NCBI GenBank assembly: GCA_041586955.1
Contig: JBFGZE010000005.1
Span: forward strand, 24,563 to 88,562
Reading direction: 5' to 3'
DNA from: Bacteriovoracaceae bacterium
GTDB taxonomy: Bacteria > Bdellovibrionota > Bacteriovoracia > Bacteriovoracales > Bacteriovoracaceae
DNA length: 64,000 nucleotides
Each line of letters opens with the position of its first letter. Positions within the stretch are counted from its first letter, which is position 1. Under the pieces are notes generated by a model. The model made no database searches. It was not told the origin of the DNA and saw only the letters and a list, made by a program, of their open reading frames with translations. Positions 39,574-50,388 of this stretch are shown here, piece after piece. The position numbers were made by a program, and so were the translations under genes.

Positions 39574-42500
39574 TTAGCGACAAATTTTAGCATTGGGGCT
39601 TAGCTCGCATAGAACTTCTTGCATAAGCTCAACTTGCTTTTTAAGTTTGATATTGCTGGACTTGATTTCAGCGTTCTCCATAGTTAAAGCGTCTATCTTC
39701 ATTTGTTGCTCTTTAGTCACCGCTACTAAGGAAGAAATAGCACGGTCCTGGCGGTCATTCGTTTCTTCAAATAATTCATAAAAATCTTTAAAGGCCTGGA
39801 CCATATAGAGTTGAAGACCGATATCGTATTTGACTCTTTTGTAGCCGTCCTTCTTTTCAACCACCATATCAGGAAAAATTTCTTGGACCTCTTGAGCGAT
39901 GAGACCAATCTCTGAACCACTTCGTTTAGATATATCAGAAAACTCCGGGCGCCAGATATATGTCACAGGCCTAAGCTGGAGGAGGCGAGTTAAGGAATCT
40001 CTTAAAGGAATGATATCTTGTTTAAGGCGTCTATCGGACACACATGTTCCGCCAATTGTTCCCGTATTATTGTTTTGAAAACAGCCTGTCGCGTCCACAT
40101 CGCCTATCACATCAAGGGCGTCGTCCGGAGATGTTGTTCCAATACCTACATCTCCTGAACCGTTTATATACATAGCATTTGGAATATTTTCCACATAAAA
40201 TGAAATGGCGTTTGCTCCATCTGGAGCATCATTTCCGATACGCAAGACATCATCATTTCTGAACAGGATAAACCCTCTCACAGCTCCAGCGGTCGTTTTC
40301 CACATACTATATTCATTATTCTCAAGAAGAACACCACCACCAACAATATGAAGGGATCTCTCTGGATTTGTTGTTCCAATCCCAATGTTTCCATCAGATT
40401 TAACCCGAAGACTCTCATTTCCACCAGAATAAATTGCCACGTCTCCAGCGACGTTATCCTGCCCTAAAGAAAGTAAATTAGTATTATTATTATTTCTGAA
40501 AAAAGCAGTCAAAGTTGTCCCATCATATAAACTTAACCCAGTATGATTGATAGACGTTCCACTGTTTGTATTATCAATTCGAATTTCCGTTAGAGCATTC
40601 TGGTCATTTACTACGTGCAATTGAGCATCTGCTGTTGTGTCATCAGATCCAACAATTAAATTATTATTAATAATAGTGTCCCCACCAGGCTGAATTTCTA
40701 TCCTTGTGCTTGGGTTAACTGAGCCATCGGCGGTGGTCTTGAACTTTAAAGTGCCTGGCATACTAGTATCACTTATTGTTCCAGGTCCAACTTCCGCTTT
40801 AATAACGGCAGAATCTTCAAAACCGCTATCCCCATAACCACCGAAAAAAATTTCTCCTACATTGTCACCATTAACTAATTTTACCGGCGATGCAAAAGTT
40901 CCTCTGGCCCTTTGGATTGTAAATTTTCCACTTGCACTCGCTGTTGTGTGATATGTATCAATCTGTATTTCGCCTATGTCTCCATCAGAAACAATATGAA
41001 GGGGTTCAACAGGTGAATTTGTTCCTATACCAACCAGTCCTGCTGATGAAATTGTCATATGCGTGGTTCCGCCTGTTTCAAAACCTAAATTAAAGGAGTC
41101 ATTATTACCTAATGTTCGATTTGCTCCAGCGGTGTCGCCACCATTACTAAAATCTCCACCGTTATCATCAGTATCGCAAGCAAAGCCCCCAGCTCCATCG
41201 GATGATAGTATTTGGCCAACTAAGCAACCTGCGGCAATCCCTTTCATTTTGACATCAGTAATGGCCTGCGCGGCAACCTTAGCGGTAACGACACCGGCAT
41301 CTTTGAGTTGAATAGTGTTAGTCGCGATTTCAATGCCGGCATCATCTACTATAACTTGAAGATTGGCATTACCAGAAGCGACTCCTCCGGTAAGGCCTGA
41401 GCCTGCAGCTGTGGTGACTTGAGTTATATCGCCAGCAGCAGCGATGGCGGTATCATTGGCATCGATTTGCCCTTGGATTTTTTCAATCGCTTCCTGGATA
41501 GTATCTGTGGCAACGACATCAGCATCAGCGCCTACAGCGTAACCAGTCAAGGCAGCGTTATTGACTTCTGTTTCAAAGGTTCCAAGTGTTAGGTCACCTT
41601 TTAAGTATTGGGCCGCAGTTCCAGTCGTAATACTAGCTTGCTTGCCATTTAATTGAGTTTGAATAGCAGAGGTGACCCCATCAACGTAATTCAGTTCGGC
41701 GGTCGATAATGTTGCGCCATCAAGAATACTTAATTCCGCTTCAGATACACCAGAAGCATCGATTGCACCAGTCCCATTCCAAAGGGGTACCATATTATCT
41801 GTCCCACTTCCGGTAAGACTTCCGCCCCAACCAGTTGAGACGTCTTTACAATTGGCACCAGCTTCGTCACAAATTTCGGTCACATGCATGGTCCCATTGA
41901 CGTCTAAAAGAGCTTCGGGAGTCGTATCATTGATACCAATATTTCCATTTTCATCAATGACAAGTGAATTGGCCGTTGTATCTGAGCCAATAGTAAATAT
42001 ATCATTACTACCATTATCTGCAGAGCCAATTTGAAATTTATTGGTGATCGCCCCATTATCAGTTCGGTCAATAGTGATGAGGTTAGCATCATCTCTTTTT
42101 ACATGAAGAGCAGTAGCAGGTGTGCTGTTGGTCGCACCGATACCAAAGTTTCCTGAATCATCAATTTTTGCCTCGGTTACCGAGCCTACTTGAAAAAGGA
42201 TATCATCGCTACCGGCAGAGGTATTCAAGGTGATATCTCCTGTTCCATTGGTAACGCCTGATGAAGAGGCCTGGCAATTTGTCCCATCGAGTAGGCAAAC
42301 AGCGGTGCCATTTACTGTTAGGCCAGTCCCGGTAATGATGACATCATTGGAGAAAGTAACATTATTATTTGCGGTGTTGGTGGTGATGGCACCACTTGGT
42401 TCCCAATTACCGCTACCAGTCTTAAAGATTAGCATTTGCCCATCAGTAGGGGCGTTGGAAACAGTATCGACATCAATAAGATCATTAAATAAACTTACCG

Positions 42501-43191
42501 TACCTCCATTTTGCACCCGCTCCCAGGAGCCTGAGGACCCACAGAAAATCCAGTCTCCTGCGGCCCAGCTTGAGATACCATCAATATTAGTTGTACCAGT
42601 AATCGAGACGAGGTAAAAATCTCCATTACCATTACCATCGCAATTACCCGATGCATCGGTTAAAAAAGGTGTATTACTATTGGCATCCCATGTACCCAAA
42701 ATATTAGGACCGTTGAGATTGGTAAGCTGCCAGGCAGTGCCGTCAAATTGGAAGACATCACCGGGGGCAGCACCAGTAAGGGAAAGCTTCGCTGCGGTCA
42801 CGGTACCATCGGTGACAGAAATATTTATTGGAAAAGTCGCCGCTCCATGGGCATCGGTAATGATTAAATCAAAAAGCCCCTCGGCCAAAACATTAATGGC
42901 ACTGGAAGCATTGGCGTAAAGGGTATTATTATTAGAAGCGGCATCAATGGTAAATGTTTCATCAAAAGAGTTGGCACCAGTCACTCGCACATTGGTGACA
43001 TTGTTGAGATTACTACCTGTAATAACAATTTGATCATTGGCAATATTGACGTTAGTAACGGCGGCCTTAGGGGCGACAACGCCATTTTCCGCAGAGGGGG
43101 CGAGGTTAACAGTAATGTTTCCTTTACAGCCTGCGATTAGCAAGGGAATAAAGAGTATCAATGTATAAATAAATAATGAATGAGCTCTCAT
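39574..43191 (-). CDS. Lipoprotein-anchored phage-tail-fibre-like trimeric adhesin with C-terminal S74 intramolecular chaperone
   Basis: LIAGC lipobox; repeated G[ND][IVF]GIG..P segments; SDRRLKQDI...GLIAQEV S74 domain; terminal coiled coil. Confidence 0.85.
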   Translation of the reverse strand: MRAHSLFIYTLILFIPLLIAGCKGNITVNLAPSAENGVVAPKAAVTNVNIANDQIVITGSNLNNVTNVRVTGANSFDETFTIDAASNNNTLYANASSAINVLAEGLFDLIITDAHGAATFPINISVTDGTVTAAKLSLTGAAPGDVFQFDGTAWQLTNLNGPNILGTWDANSNTPFLTDASGNCDGNGNGDFYLVSITGTTNIDGISSWAAGDWIFCGSSGSWERVQNGGTVSLFNDLIDVDTVSNAPTDGQMLIFKTGSGNWEPSGAITTNTANNNVTFSNDVIITGTGLTVNGTAVCLLDGTNCQASSSGVTNGTGDITLNTSAGSDDILFQVGSVTEAKIDDSGNFGIGATNSTPATALHVKRDDANLITIDRTDNGAITNKFQIGSADNGSNDIFTIGSDTTANSLVIDENGNIGINDTTPEALLDVNGTMHVTEICDEAGANCKDVSTGWGGSLTGSGTDNMVPLWNGTGAIDASGVSEAELSILDGATLSTAELNYVDGVTSAIQTQLNGKQASITTGTAAQYLKGDLTLGTFETEVNNAALTGYAVGADADVVATDTIQEAIEKIQGQIDANDTAIAAAGDITQVTTAAGSGLTGGVASGNANLQVIVDDAGIEIATNTIQLKDAGVVTAKVAAQAITDVKMKGIAAGCLVGQILSSDGAGGFACDTDDNGGDFSNGGDTAGANRTLGNNDSFNLGFETGGTTHMTISSAGLVGIGTNSPVEPLHIVSDGDIGEIQIDTYHTTASASGKFTIQRARGTFASPVKLVNGDNVGEIFFGGYGDSGFEDSAVIKAEVGPGTISDTSMPGTLKFKTTADGSVNPSTRIEIQPGGDTIINNNLIVGSDDTTADAQLHVVNDQNALTEIRIDNTNSGTSINHTGLSLYDGTTLTAFFRNNNNTNLLSLGQDNVAGDVAIYSGGNESLRVKSDGNIGIGTTNPERSLHIVGGGVLLENNEYSMWKTTAGAVRGFILFRNDDVLRIGNDAPDGANAISFYVENIPNAMYINGSGDVGIGTTSPDDALDVIGDVDATGCFQNNNTGTIGGTCVSDRRLKQDIIPLRDSLTRLLQLRPVTYIWRPEFSDISKRSGSEIGLIAQEVQEIFPDMVVEKKDGYKRVKYDIGLQLYMVQAFKDFYELFEETNDRQDRAISSLVAVTKEQQMKIDALTMENAEIKSSNIKLKKQVELMQEVLCELSPNAKICR

Positions 43192-43589
43192 ACCTTCCCT
43201 CTCGGTTAAATGACGCACGTTCTATAAATTAATTTTAACAATAAAAACCCTTGTGACCTAAAATCAGCTAGATAGAGAGAATAAAAAAGCATAATTCAAT
43301 ATATTATGCCTAGAAAAGAAGGCAGTATGCTATTAAGTTAGTTTACTATTTTTATTTGTATAAAGGTTTATAAGAGCTTATAAGTATCTCATCCTCCGAT
43401 GGAGCAGGAATGCCACAGGTATTATTCAAATATCGGAGGGGACTAAGCTTTATCAGTTCCCGTATGCCAGCGTGATTTTTTAGAAATTATCTATGGCCAC
43501 CTCTGAGGTTATAGAGTGAGATTTTATTTGAAACAATACTTCACTCTTACAAGAAATTTATATTTTAACTGGGCAGAATAGAATTGATC

Positions 43590-44180
43590 TTATCTTAAAA
43601 TATCAAAGCTAACGGACTGAGTCTCTTCATCAATCTCAACGGATTCATAGTCTATTCTTTTGAAGCCAAGATGTTTTCTCATCTTATAGGCGGGGGTACC
43701 TTTAAGAGCAAGCTCGAGGTTTTTAGACTTTTCATATTCGTCCATAAAAATGCGATAGTTATCGATTCCTAAAGTGGTTCGAATTATTTTTGTTTTTGGA
43801 AAGCGCTTCACAGCTTTGACAAAGAGCGCAGTCCCAATTTTTTTTCCCTTCAGCTTTACCCTTAAGTCGGCAATTAAAAGGAGATCACTTTCTTTAAAGT
43901 AGCGAAACTCAATGGTGCCAAGGACTTGGGATAGGCCTTCAATGACTCCTGTATATTGATAGCTATTAAAATAATGAAATCCATTACTGGTCACTTGATC
44001 AATATATTGGATTTGAGGGTCGATAGATTGAATAAAGTCATCGAGTTCCTTTGAGTCAGTATTTCCGTGGGCAATAACTTGCCCCGCAAGATCAAAGCAA
44101 TCAACTTTTTCATCACCATAAATAGAAAAGGTGGTACTTAAGAGTGAGAAAATAGCGACAAAGAAAATAAAAAGTTTCAT
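43590..44180 (-). CDS. Secreted hypothetical protein, possible GNAT fold
   Basis: Signal peptide; KGKKIGTALF resembles acetyl-CoA motif A; LGF near the C-terminus. Confidence 0.45.
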   Translation of the reverse strand: MKLFIFFVAIFSLLSTTFSIYGDEKVDCFDLAGQVIAHGNTDSKELDDFIQSIDPQIQYIDQVTSNGFHYFNSYQYTGVIEGLSQVLGTIEFRYFKESDLLLIADLRVKLKGKKIGTALFVKAVKRFPKTKIIRTTLGIDNYRIFMDEYEKSKNLELALKGTPAYKMRKHLGFKRIDYESVEIDEETQSVSFDILR

Positions 44181-44300
44181 CAGTAAGTAATAATATAAAT
44201 GAGGCCTTAAAGGAGCTTTTTTCGAAAACTTTACAAAGGTGTCGAAAAAAAGTTCACTGGAAGCTTGCCGTAATTTTAATCACTTATGCTTTAAGTAAGA

Positions 44301-45611
44301 CTACGATTCCTGGACTACGGCTTCTGCTACGACCTGGCCCTCTTCAGTGCCTTCTTCTTTAATCTTATTCATAAAGTAGACCAGGATGAGCCCTGGAATG
44401 GCCATTAATGAACCCATGATAAAAAAGGTATTGTAGCCAAGGCCCTCAACGAAAAAGCCCGCTCCTCCACCAAAAAGAGTTTTGCCAAGTGCCGCTAAAC
44501 TGGCAAAAAGGGCGTATTGAGTGGCGGTATATTTTCGATTCGTCATACTCGCCATGAAGGCGATGAGTGCTGTTGTGCCAAGCCCGCTGGAGAAGTCTTC
44601 AAAGCCAATCACGAGTGCCAGTCCCCACCAGGTTCCCTTGATACTTGCCCAGGTTAAGACGGTAAAGAGCGCTGTTGAGATTGATTGCAAAATCCCAAAT
44701 CCTAAAAGGCAGGGGAGAATACCAAAGCGAAAGATGGCGACCGATCCTACCGCCAGGCCAATCATAGAAGAAAAAAAGCCAATGCCTTTGGTGACTTCAG
44801 CAATTATTTTATTGCTATAACCCATATCGACGTAAAAGGTCGAAAGCATTGTCCCGACTATGGCATCTCCAAATTTAAAAAAGAATATAAACGCTAGGAT
44901 AGTGAGAGCGGGTTTCCAACCCTTATCTTTAATGAAGTCCATAAAAGGGTTAATGACCGCCTCTTTGACGTTCTTTGGGGTGGTACTCAGATTCTTTGGC
45001 TCGGTCGCAATTAAAGTGGTAATAACCCCAACACCCATAAGAGCTCCCATAATATGGAATACCTGATTAAAGGTGAGGTTTAGTGTATCTGGGTCGGCCA
45101 TCCAAAGGGCCCCGCCGCTCATCACTAACATTGCGACACGATAACCATAAACATAAATAGAGGAACCCATTCCAATTTCTTCATCGGGAAGAATTTCACA
45201 ACGGTAAGCATCGATTGCGACGTCTTGAGTCGCCCCAAATATCGCGACAATGAGAGTCACCAAGGCCACCATCATCATAGACTCTTTGGGATCAAAGAAA
45301 CCTAATGAGAAGATTGAGATCATTAAACCTATTTGAGTGATCAATAGCCAGCTTCTTCGTCGGCCCAATTTAAAGGGGGTGTAGCGGTCAAGAACAGGTC
45401 CTAATAAGAAATTTAACGAGTAGGGTAGAGATAGAAGACCCATAAGGCCAATCGTTGAAAGTTCGACTTCTTCGCGACGGGCCCAGACTTTAACAACAGA
45501 AAAAACTAACATAATGGGTAGGCCACCAGAAAAACCCAGGAGTAGGTTAATCCACATCCTCTTTTTTTTAAGCGCCGCAAAAATTTCAATTAACTTACCT
45601 TTTCCGCTCAT
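44301..45611 (-). CDS. ampG: AmpG muropeptide MFS permease
   Basis: LGFSGGLP, GRRRSW, ATQDVAIDAY, ATQYAL motifs. Confidence 0.93.
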   Translation of the reverse strand: MSGKGKLIEIFAALKKKRMWINLLLGFSGGLPIMLVFSVVKVWARREEVELSTIGLMGLLSLPYSLNFLLGPVLDRYTPFKLGRRRSWLLITQIGLMISIFSLGFFDPKESMMMVALVTLIVAIFGATQDVAIDAYRCEILPDEEIGMGSSIYVYGYRVAMLVMSGGALWMADPDTLNLTFNQVFHIMGALMGVGVITTLIATEPKNLSTTPKNVKEAVINPFMDFIKDKGWKPALTILAFIFFFKFGDAIVGTMLSTFYVDMGYSNKIIAEVTKGIGFFSSMIGLAVGSVAIFRFGILPCLLGFGILQSISTALFTVLTWASIKGTWWGLALVIGFEDFSSGLGTTALIAFMASMTNRKYTATQYALFASLAALGKTLFGGGAGFFVEGLGYNTFFIMGSLMAIPGLILVYFMNKIKEEGTEEGQVVAEAVVQES

Positions 45612-45794
45612 AACCGTTCCTTAATATTTTAAATAGAATTCCATTATATCTATAAAAGTGGGAGAAAAGGTATGCGATATTTTTAAAAATAGAGAAGATT
45701 TTCTTATATTACCTTGCAAACGTGCTTTTTAAGGAATTAAGTTTATTTGGTCTCATTTTTTTTTAGGGGATTGGACTTTAGTGGGCCACTTTTA

Positions 45795-46166
45795 TCAATT
45801 ATATTTTTTTCTATCTTCTAAAATTTGTCTCACAATTAATGAGAGTACGGTCACGATAAAGGGGGCCATCATAAAACTAGTGAAAAAAGCATAGCATTCG
45901 CCGAGCGCCTGCATCCCTTCAGTTCTAATGGTATTCATCTTCTCTGGGGCGCTATAGAGGAGGACCTGTTCAAGTTTTACTTTATTCAAATAATTAAAAA
46001 TTAAGGCAAAAGAAAAAGGAACAAAGGAGAGCGTAAAACAAATAATTTTAAGAAGTTTAAGATCAAATTTTTTCTTTATAAAAAAAGTAATCGCAATTAT
46101 TAAAAAGCTGCTTAGGGAGCATAAGAAAACCATGATGACAGTGTTAAGGATTCCACATTGCTCCAT
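45795..46166 (-). CDS. Small membrane protein (3 TM)
   Basis: AGGAAGGA RBS; three hydrophobic helices. Confidence 0.55.
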   Translation of the reverse strand: MEQCGILNTVIMVFLCSLSSFLIIAITFFIKKKFDLKLLKIICFTLSFVPFSFALIFNYLNKVKLEQVLLYSAPEKMNTIRTEGMQALGECYAFFTSFMMAPFIVTVLSLIVRQILEDRKKYN

Positions 46167-46754
46167 ATATCCTTCCTAGAGTTGAGCTATTTATCTTAGT
46201 GGTTTAATCATACTTGATTATTATTTTTTTTGAAATTAAAAGTTGTAAACACGGCGATTATGATAGGACGGCACCGGAAAATAAGGAAATAAGGGCATGT
46301 ATTGAGTAGTGACGATGGCATTCATTCCAGTCATTATGGGCGGTTTGAAAAGGCATGACCAGTTAAAAAAATGAAGTAATCAATTTACCCTTCATCTGTA
46401 ATACTAAGACCATTTTAATTTGGGGAACCATCAACGATATCGAGTTGAATGCTCATATACCACCTTTTTGACACAATCCATTTCTATGGATCCCAACCAT
46501 CGATCTTATTGCCAAGATAATCGGGTAAAAATTAACTCTTATCAGGGGGGCCGTTCCATTGGAAGCAGCAGAAAAAAACTAAGAAACAAATGGTCCATTA
46601 CTTTTGGGGATATTGATTGTTGCATTATTATGGATATATAGTTTCTTCTTTTAGGCCGCTATTTTTATCCATATTTAATTAGTTTTCTAAAATGACGGGG
46701 GATTTCATTCGATCTTAAATTGTATTATGATGATGAAGGTAAAAGGAGCTTAGG

Positions 46755-47855
46755 ATGAATCTAATTCTTTTCTTCCATTTATTCTTTTGCTTTCAACAGA
46801 ATTTAATCTTATCGGAAACAGATTTTACAATTCAAAAAGTTAAGGTCAAAACCATTGTGAGTCATGGCGGTGTTATATGGGGATTTGATTTCCCTAATGA
46901 AAAACAAATCATTTATACCGTTAGATCTGGAGAAATTATCCTCTATGATCGAGTTCAAAAAAGGAAAATAAGGTTAGCGCCAGTGCCCCAGACGCAAGAG
47001 CGGGGACAGGGGGGGATGCTTGATATATACCTCCACCCTGATTTCGAGAAAAATAAGCTTCTCTTCATCACTTATTCTAAGAAAATAGGACGACATTATA
47101 CGACGGCCTTATCGCGGGCGTATTTAATGAATAATAGACTAACAAACTTAAAAGAAATTTTTGTTGCCCAGGCATTAAATCATACAAATATTCATTTTGG
47201 TTCGAGAGTTAGAATAGGGAAAGATGGATTTATTTATTTAACCATAGGCGATCGAGGTGATCGTCATAAGGCGCAATCTCTAAAGTTTCATCATGGTAAG
47301 GTTTTAAGGCTCGATTTAAATGGGACAGCTGCTACCGGAAATCCTTTTCTGAACAGAAAAGGTGCTCTTCCTGAAATTTATTCTCTTGGTCATCGAAACC
47401 CTCAAGGACTTACTATTAATTTAAAAAATGGAGAGGTATGGGAGCAAGAGCATGGGCCACGCGGAGGTGATGAAATTAACTTGATTGAAGCAGGGAAAAA
47501 TTATGGTTGGCCAATCATTACTCATGGTAGGGAATATTGGGGACCAAGTATAGGGGAGGGAACGTCTAGGCCTGGAATGGAGCAACCGGTAAAATATTAT
47601 ACACCTTCTATTGCTCCTAGTGGTTTATCCCTTCACCTAAGGCCTTCTCAGAAGGAATGGGAAGACCATTTATTTTCCGGCGCTTTAAAACTTCGTCACC
47701 TCAATTATATTCAATTATTCAAAAAGAAAGTTGTGCAGGAAAAACGACTGCTTTTGGATTTGGAAGAAAGAATTCGGGATGTTCGCAGTTACCGAGGGAA
47801 CTTATATGTTTCTACGGACTCAGGTAAAATTTTACAAATGATGGACGATCTTTGA
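46755..47855 (+). CDS. PQQ-dependent aldose sugar dehydrogenase (YliI/Asd family)
   Basis: GQGGMLD, HFGSR, GHRNPQG, EHGPRGGDEIN, GKNYGWP motifs. Confidence 0.92.
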   Translation: MNLILFFHLFFCFQQNLILSETDFTIQKVKVKTIVSHGGVIWGFDFPNEKQIIYTVRSGEIILYDRVQKRKIRLAPVPQTQERGQGGMLDIYLHPDFEKNKLLFITYSKKIGRHYTTALSRAYLMNNRLTNLKEIFVAQALNHTNIHFGSRVRIGKDGFIYLTIGDRGDRHKAQSLKFHHGKVLRLDLNGTAATGNPFLNRKGALPEIYSLGHRNPQGLTINLKNGEVWEQEHGPRGGDEINLIEAGKNYGWPIITHGREYWGPSIGEGTSRPGMEQPVKYYTPSIAPSGLSLHLRPSQKEWEDHLFSGALKLRHLNYIQLFKKKVVQEKRLLLDLEERIRDVRSYRGNLYVSTDSGKILQMMDDL

Positions 47856-47856
47856 C

Positions 47857-50169
47857 TTAAAAGAGGCTTAGTTGGTCCCCATTAATGAATGAATCAAAAT
47901 CTTCTCCAAGAGAGTGGAGAATGTCATTAGCAATGGGTTTTAATTGTTTTTCGATATAATGTTCGTAATCATAATCAATAATTCCGGAATTGACCGGCTC
48001 GGGACCATTTTTATTAATAATATAGCTAACTTCTTTGAGGCGATAAGGGCCATCATGTTTGATTTTCAGGGCCGCTCTTACGTGGATTGGAATATTTTTC
48101 GTATATTCGTGGGGGGCCTTGGAAAGGCGTTTCGTATAGATTAACTGATCGTCATACTTTTTATCTTTTAGATCTTGGATATATTTTTTAATATATTGAT
48201 TGAGGTTTTCACCTAAAAAAAACATTTGATAGAGTTCCTTTTGAAAACCCTTTGCTAAGTCAGTCCAGTCACTGCGTATAAACTCCATGCCTTTGAATTC
48301 TAATTGACCGTTTCTGATACCTGTATATCTTTTTTTTGCAGTTCCTTCACCACCACGCGCTCGAGAAAAAAATAATTGGTCAAATGTTTTTTCAAACTCG
48401 CAGATAAGCTTTGACTCGACATTAAATTGATCTCGCAATATTTTATTTAAAAAGGCATCAAGGTCTTTTGCCAGCAAGTTATTTTCCTCGGCATCAAGAA
48501 CTTCGCCGTTGGGGTTTTTAATAAAGATGGAGTCGGTATCACCATAGATAATCTCAAAGCCTCTATTTCTAAAAAAATCCATGGCCGAATTCAAAATCCA
48601 ATGGCCAGTTGTGGTGATGGCGGTTGGCAAGTCGGCATGGTAAAAACGGCAGCGGGAAGAACCCATTACCCCATAAAAGCTATTCATTAAAATCTTAACG
48701 GCCTGGCTTAAACTAGGGTCATTCTGGTCTTTGGCAATTTGCCTTTGCTCCATAAGGGATTCAATAATATTAGGTAATATATGCTTTGTTTTAGAAAAGC
48801 GAAAACCTTCTGGCGTTTTAATGGGGTCAATTTCATTTTGGATGCGGGAATAGGGGTCAATTTTAAAAGTCATGATAATAGAAGGATAAAGACTTTTAAA
48901 ATCGAAAATGGAAACGTTTTGATGAAGACCGGCCTTGGGTTCAATCACCAGGCCCCCTGTCGCTGCCTCATCCCGGACAATGTCTATGCGGTTAGGTGCA
49001 ATAAAGCCGTTGCGGTGAAGCCTTGGAAGGTAGAGGTGGTCAAATGCGGCAGTCGAAACATTAAGGCGGTCTAGGAGGAGCCCTGAAATATGACAACGTT
49101 TAATCATCTGATTAATGATATTAAGTTTATTAAATATATCTATGACCAGAGTACAATCCAGGAGGTTGTACTTGGCCAGAGCAAGCTTATCTTCTTTAAA
49201 ACGTCTTTCTATTTCAGAAACTTTACCTGAATCACTGGCAATATCTTTTCCCACTCCTAAAATCTCGGTAGCGACAGTTTCTAATTTAAAATTTTTAAAT
49301 TGATAAAAGGCCGCTCTCAAAGTGGGGGGGCCATCGAGGACAACTCGTCCTGGAATATCAGCAAAAAAACCAGCCCCTTTTTTTTCATTGATTCGAATTT
49401 CTTCACCAAGCCGGCCTAGCTTAAAGTCTAAATTATATTGGTGGCATTTTTTTTCTAAAAATTTAAGGTCAAAACCTATCACATGCCAGCCAATAATGAT
49501 ATCGGGGTCCCATTCTTGTATTAATTTAATGAATTGAAGAAGAATAGTTTTCTCCGAGGAGAAAAAATGGAGCTTATCATTGTGGATTCTTGTCTTATCA
49601 TTAAGCATCAGGACAATCTGCTTTTGCGATTCGGCGTGGCCATCCTCTTGGTGTTCCTGATGCATACCTATGGAGTAAAGTTCATTGTTGATACCAGTTT
49701 CGATATCAAAAGAGAGCGTTTTTAAAGGTGTTTTCCCCGCCGCACTTCTAACCTCTGGGTTGAGATAGATATCTACACCTTGTTGCTCATGAAAAGCTCC
49801 TATAAATTCTAATTCACCATTAATAAAGCGCTCCATTAAAAAGCGCTCTGGTGGGCGTATGTCTAGTTCGTAGGTTAAGATGGCATTATTTTCACAATAT
49901 TCCTTTACCAGGGACACATCCCGGTAACGCTTGAGATAAATGGTATCGACATCTAGGTGGGCAAAGTTTTTAAGGCCTCCCGAGACCCTTTCAAAGTCGA
50001 TATGGGAGGGGTTAAATTGAGCAGATCGTTGGATAAAAAAGACGATTTTTTGGTTAGTGAAGACGAGCTTAAAAGGTCTTACTCCATCTGTTCCATAAAA
50101 GGATATTGTTAGGGCAGAGGATGAATCTGTCCAATGAGATGTTAAAAGAAAACCACGTCTAATTTGCAT
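47857..50169 (-). CDS. polB: DNA polymerase II (family B)
   Basis: Exonuclease FDIET; DFKSLYPS, KILMNSFYG, YGDTDS, KKRY motifs. Confidence 0.95.
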   Translation of the reverse strand: MQIRRGFLLTSHWTDSSSALTISFYGTDGVRPFKLVFTNQKIVFFIQRSAQFNPSHIDFERVSGGLKNFAHLDVDTIYLKRYRDVSLVKEYCENNAILTYELDIRPPERFLMERFINGELEFIGAFHEQQGVDIYLNPEVRSAAGKTPLKTLSFDIETGINNELYSIGMHQEHQEDGHAESQKQIVLMLNDKTRIHNDKLHFFSSEKTILLQFIKLIQEWDPDIIIGWHVIGFDLKFLEKKCHQYNLDFKLGRLGEEIRINEKKGAGFFADIPGRVVLDGPPTLRAAFYQFKNFKLETVATEILGVGKDIASDSGKVSEIERRFKEDKLALAKYNLLDCTLVIDIFNKLNIINQMIKRCHISGLLLDRLNVSTAAFDHLYLPRLHRNGFIAPNRIDIVRDEAATGGLVIEPKAGLHQNVSIFDFKSLYPSIIMTFKIDPYSRIQNEIDPIKTPEGFRFSKTKHILPNIIESLMEQRQIAKDQNDPSLSQAVKILMNSFYGVMGSSRCRFYHADLPTAITTTGHWILNSAMDFFRNRGFEIIYGDTDSIFIKNPNGEVLDAEENNLLAKDLDAFLNKILRDQFNVESKLICEFEKTFDQLFFSRARGGEGTAKKRYTGIRNGQLEFKGMEFIRSDWTDLAKGFQKELYQMFFLGENLNQYIKKYIQDLKDKKYDDQLIYTKRLSKAPHEYTKNIPIHVRAALKIKHDGPYRLKEVSYIINKNGPEPVNSGIIDYDYEHYIEKQLKPIANDILHSLGEDFDSFINGDQLSLF

Positions 50170-50388
50170 AAAAGGAGCATATACCGCACCTATTTCTTAG
50201 GCAAGCAAGGAGTTTAAAAGGTGCTGAATCTGGCCTAATAATAAAAAATGACGCGTATGCGATGGAAATGAAAAAATGTGTTTCTCAGATACGAGCTGCT
50301 ACCGAAATGTCTTTTAAATGAGTTTTATGGGCCTGGACCAATTAAATATAATTTGCTTGCTATATGGGCCATGACTTATACTTGAAGG

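Noticed and set aside
39398..44300. tRNA-Arg-anchored genomic island or prophage
   Set aside because: No integrase or capsid genes, and I saw no duplicate of the tRNA 3' end.
46420..46641. 73-aa ORF in the region upstream of the PQQ dehydrogenase
   Set aside because: TTG start with no RBS or motifs; at most part of a decayed gene.
50170..50388. LexA/SOS box upstream of polB
   Set aside because: I saw no convincing palindrome matching a LexA motif I know.
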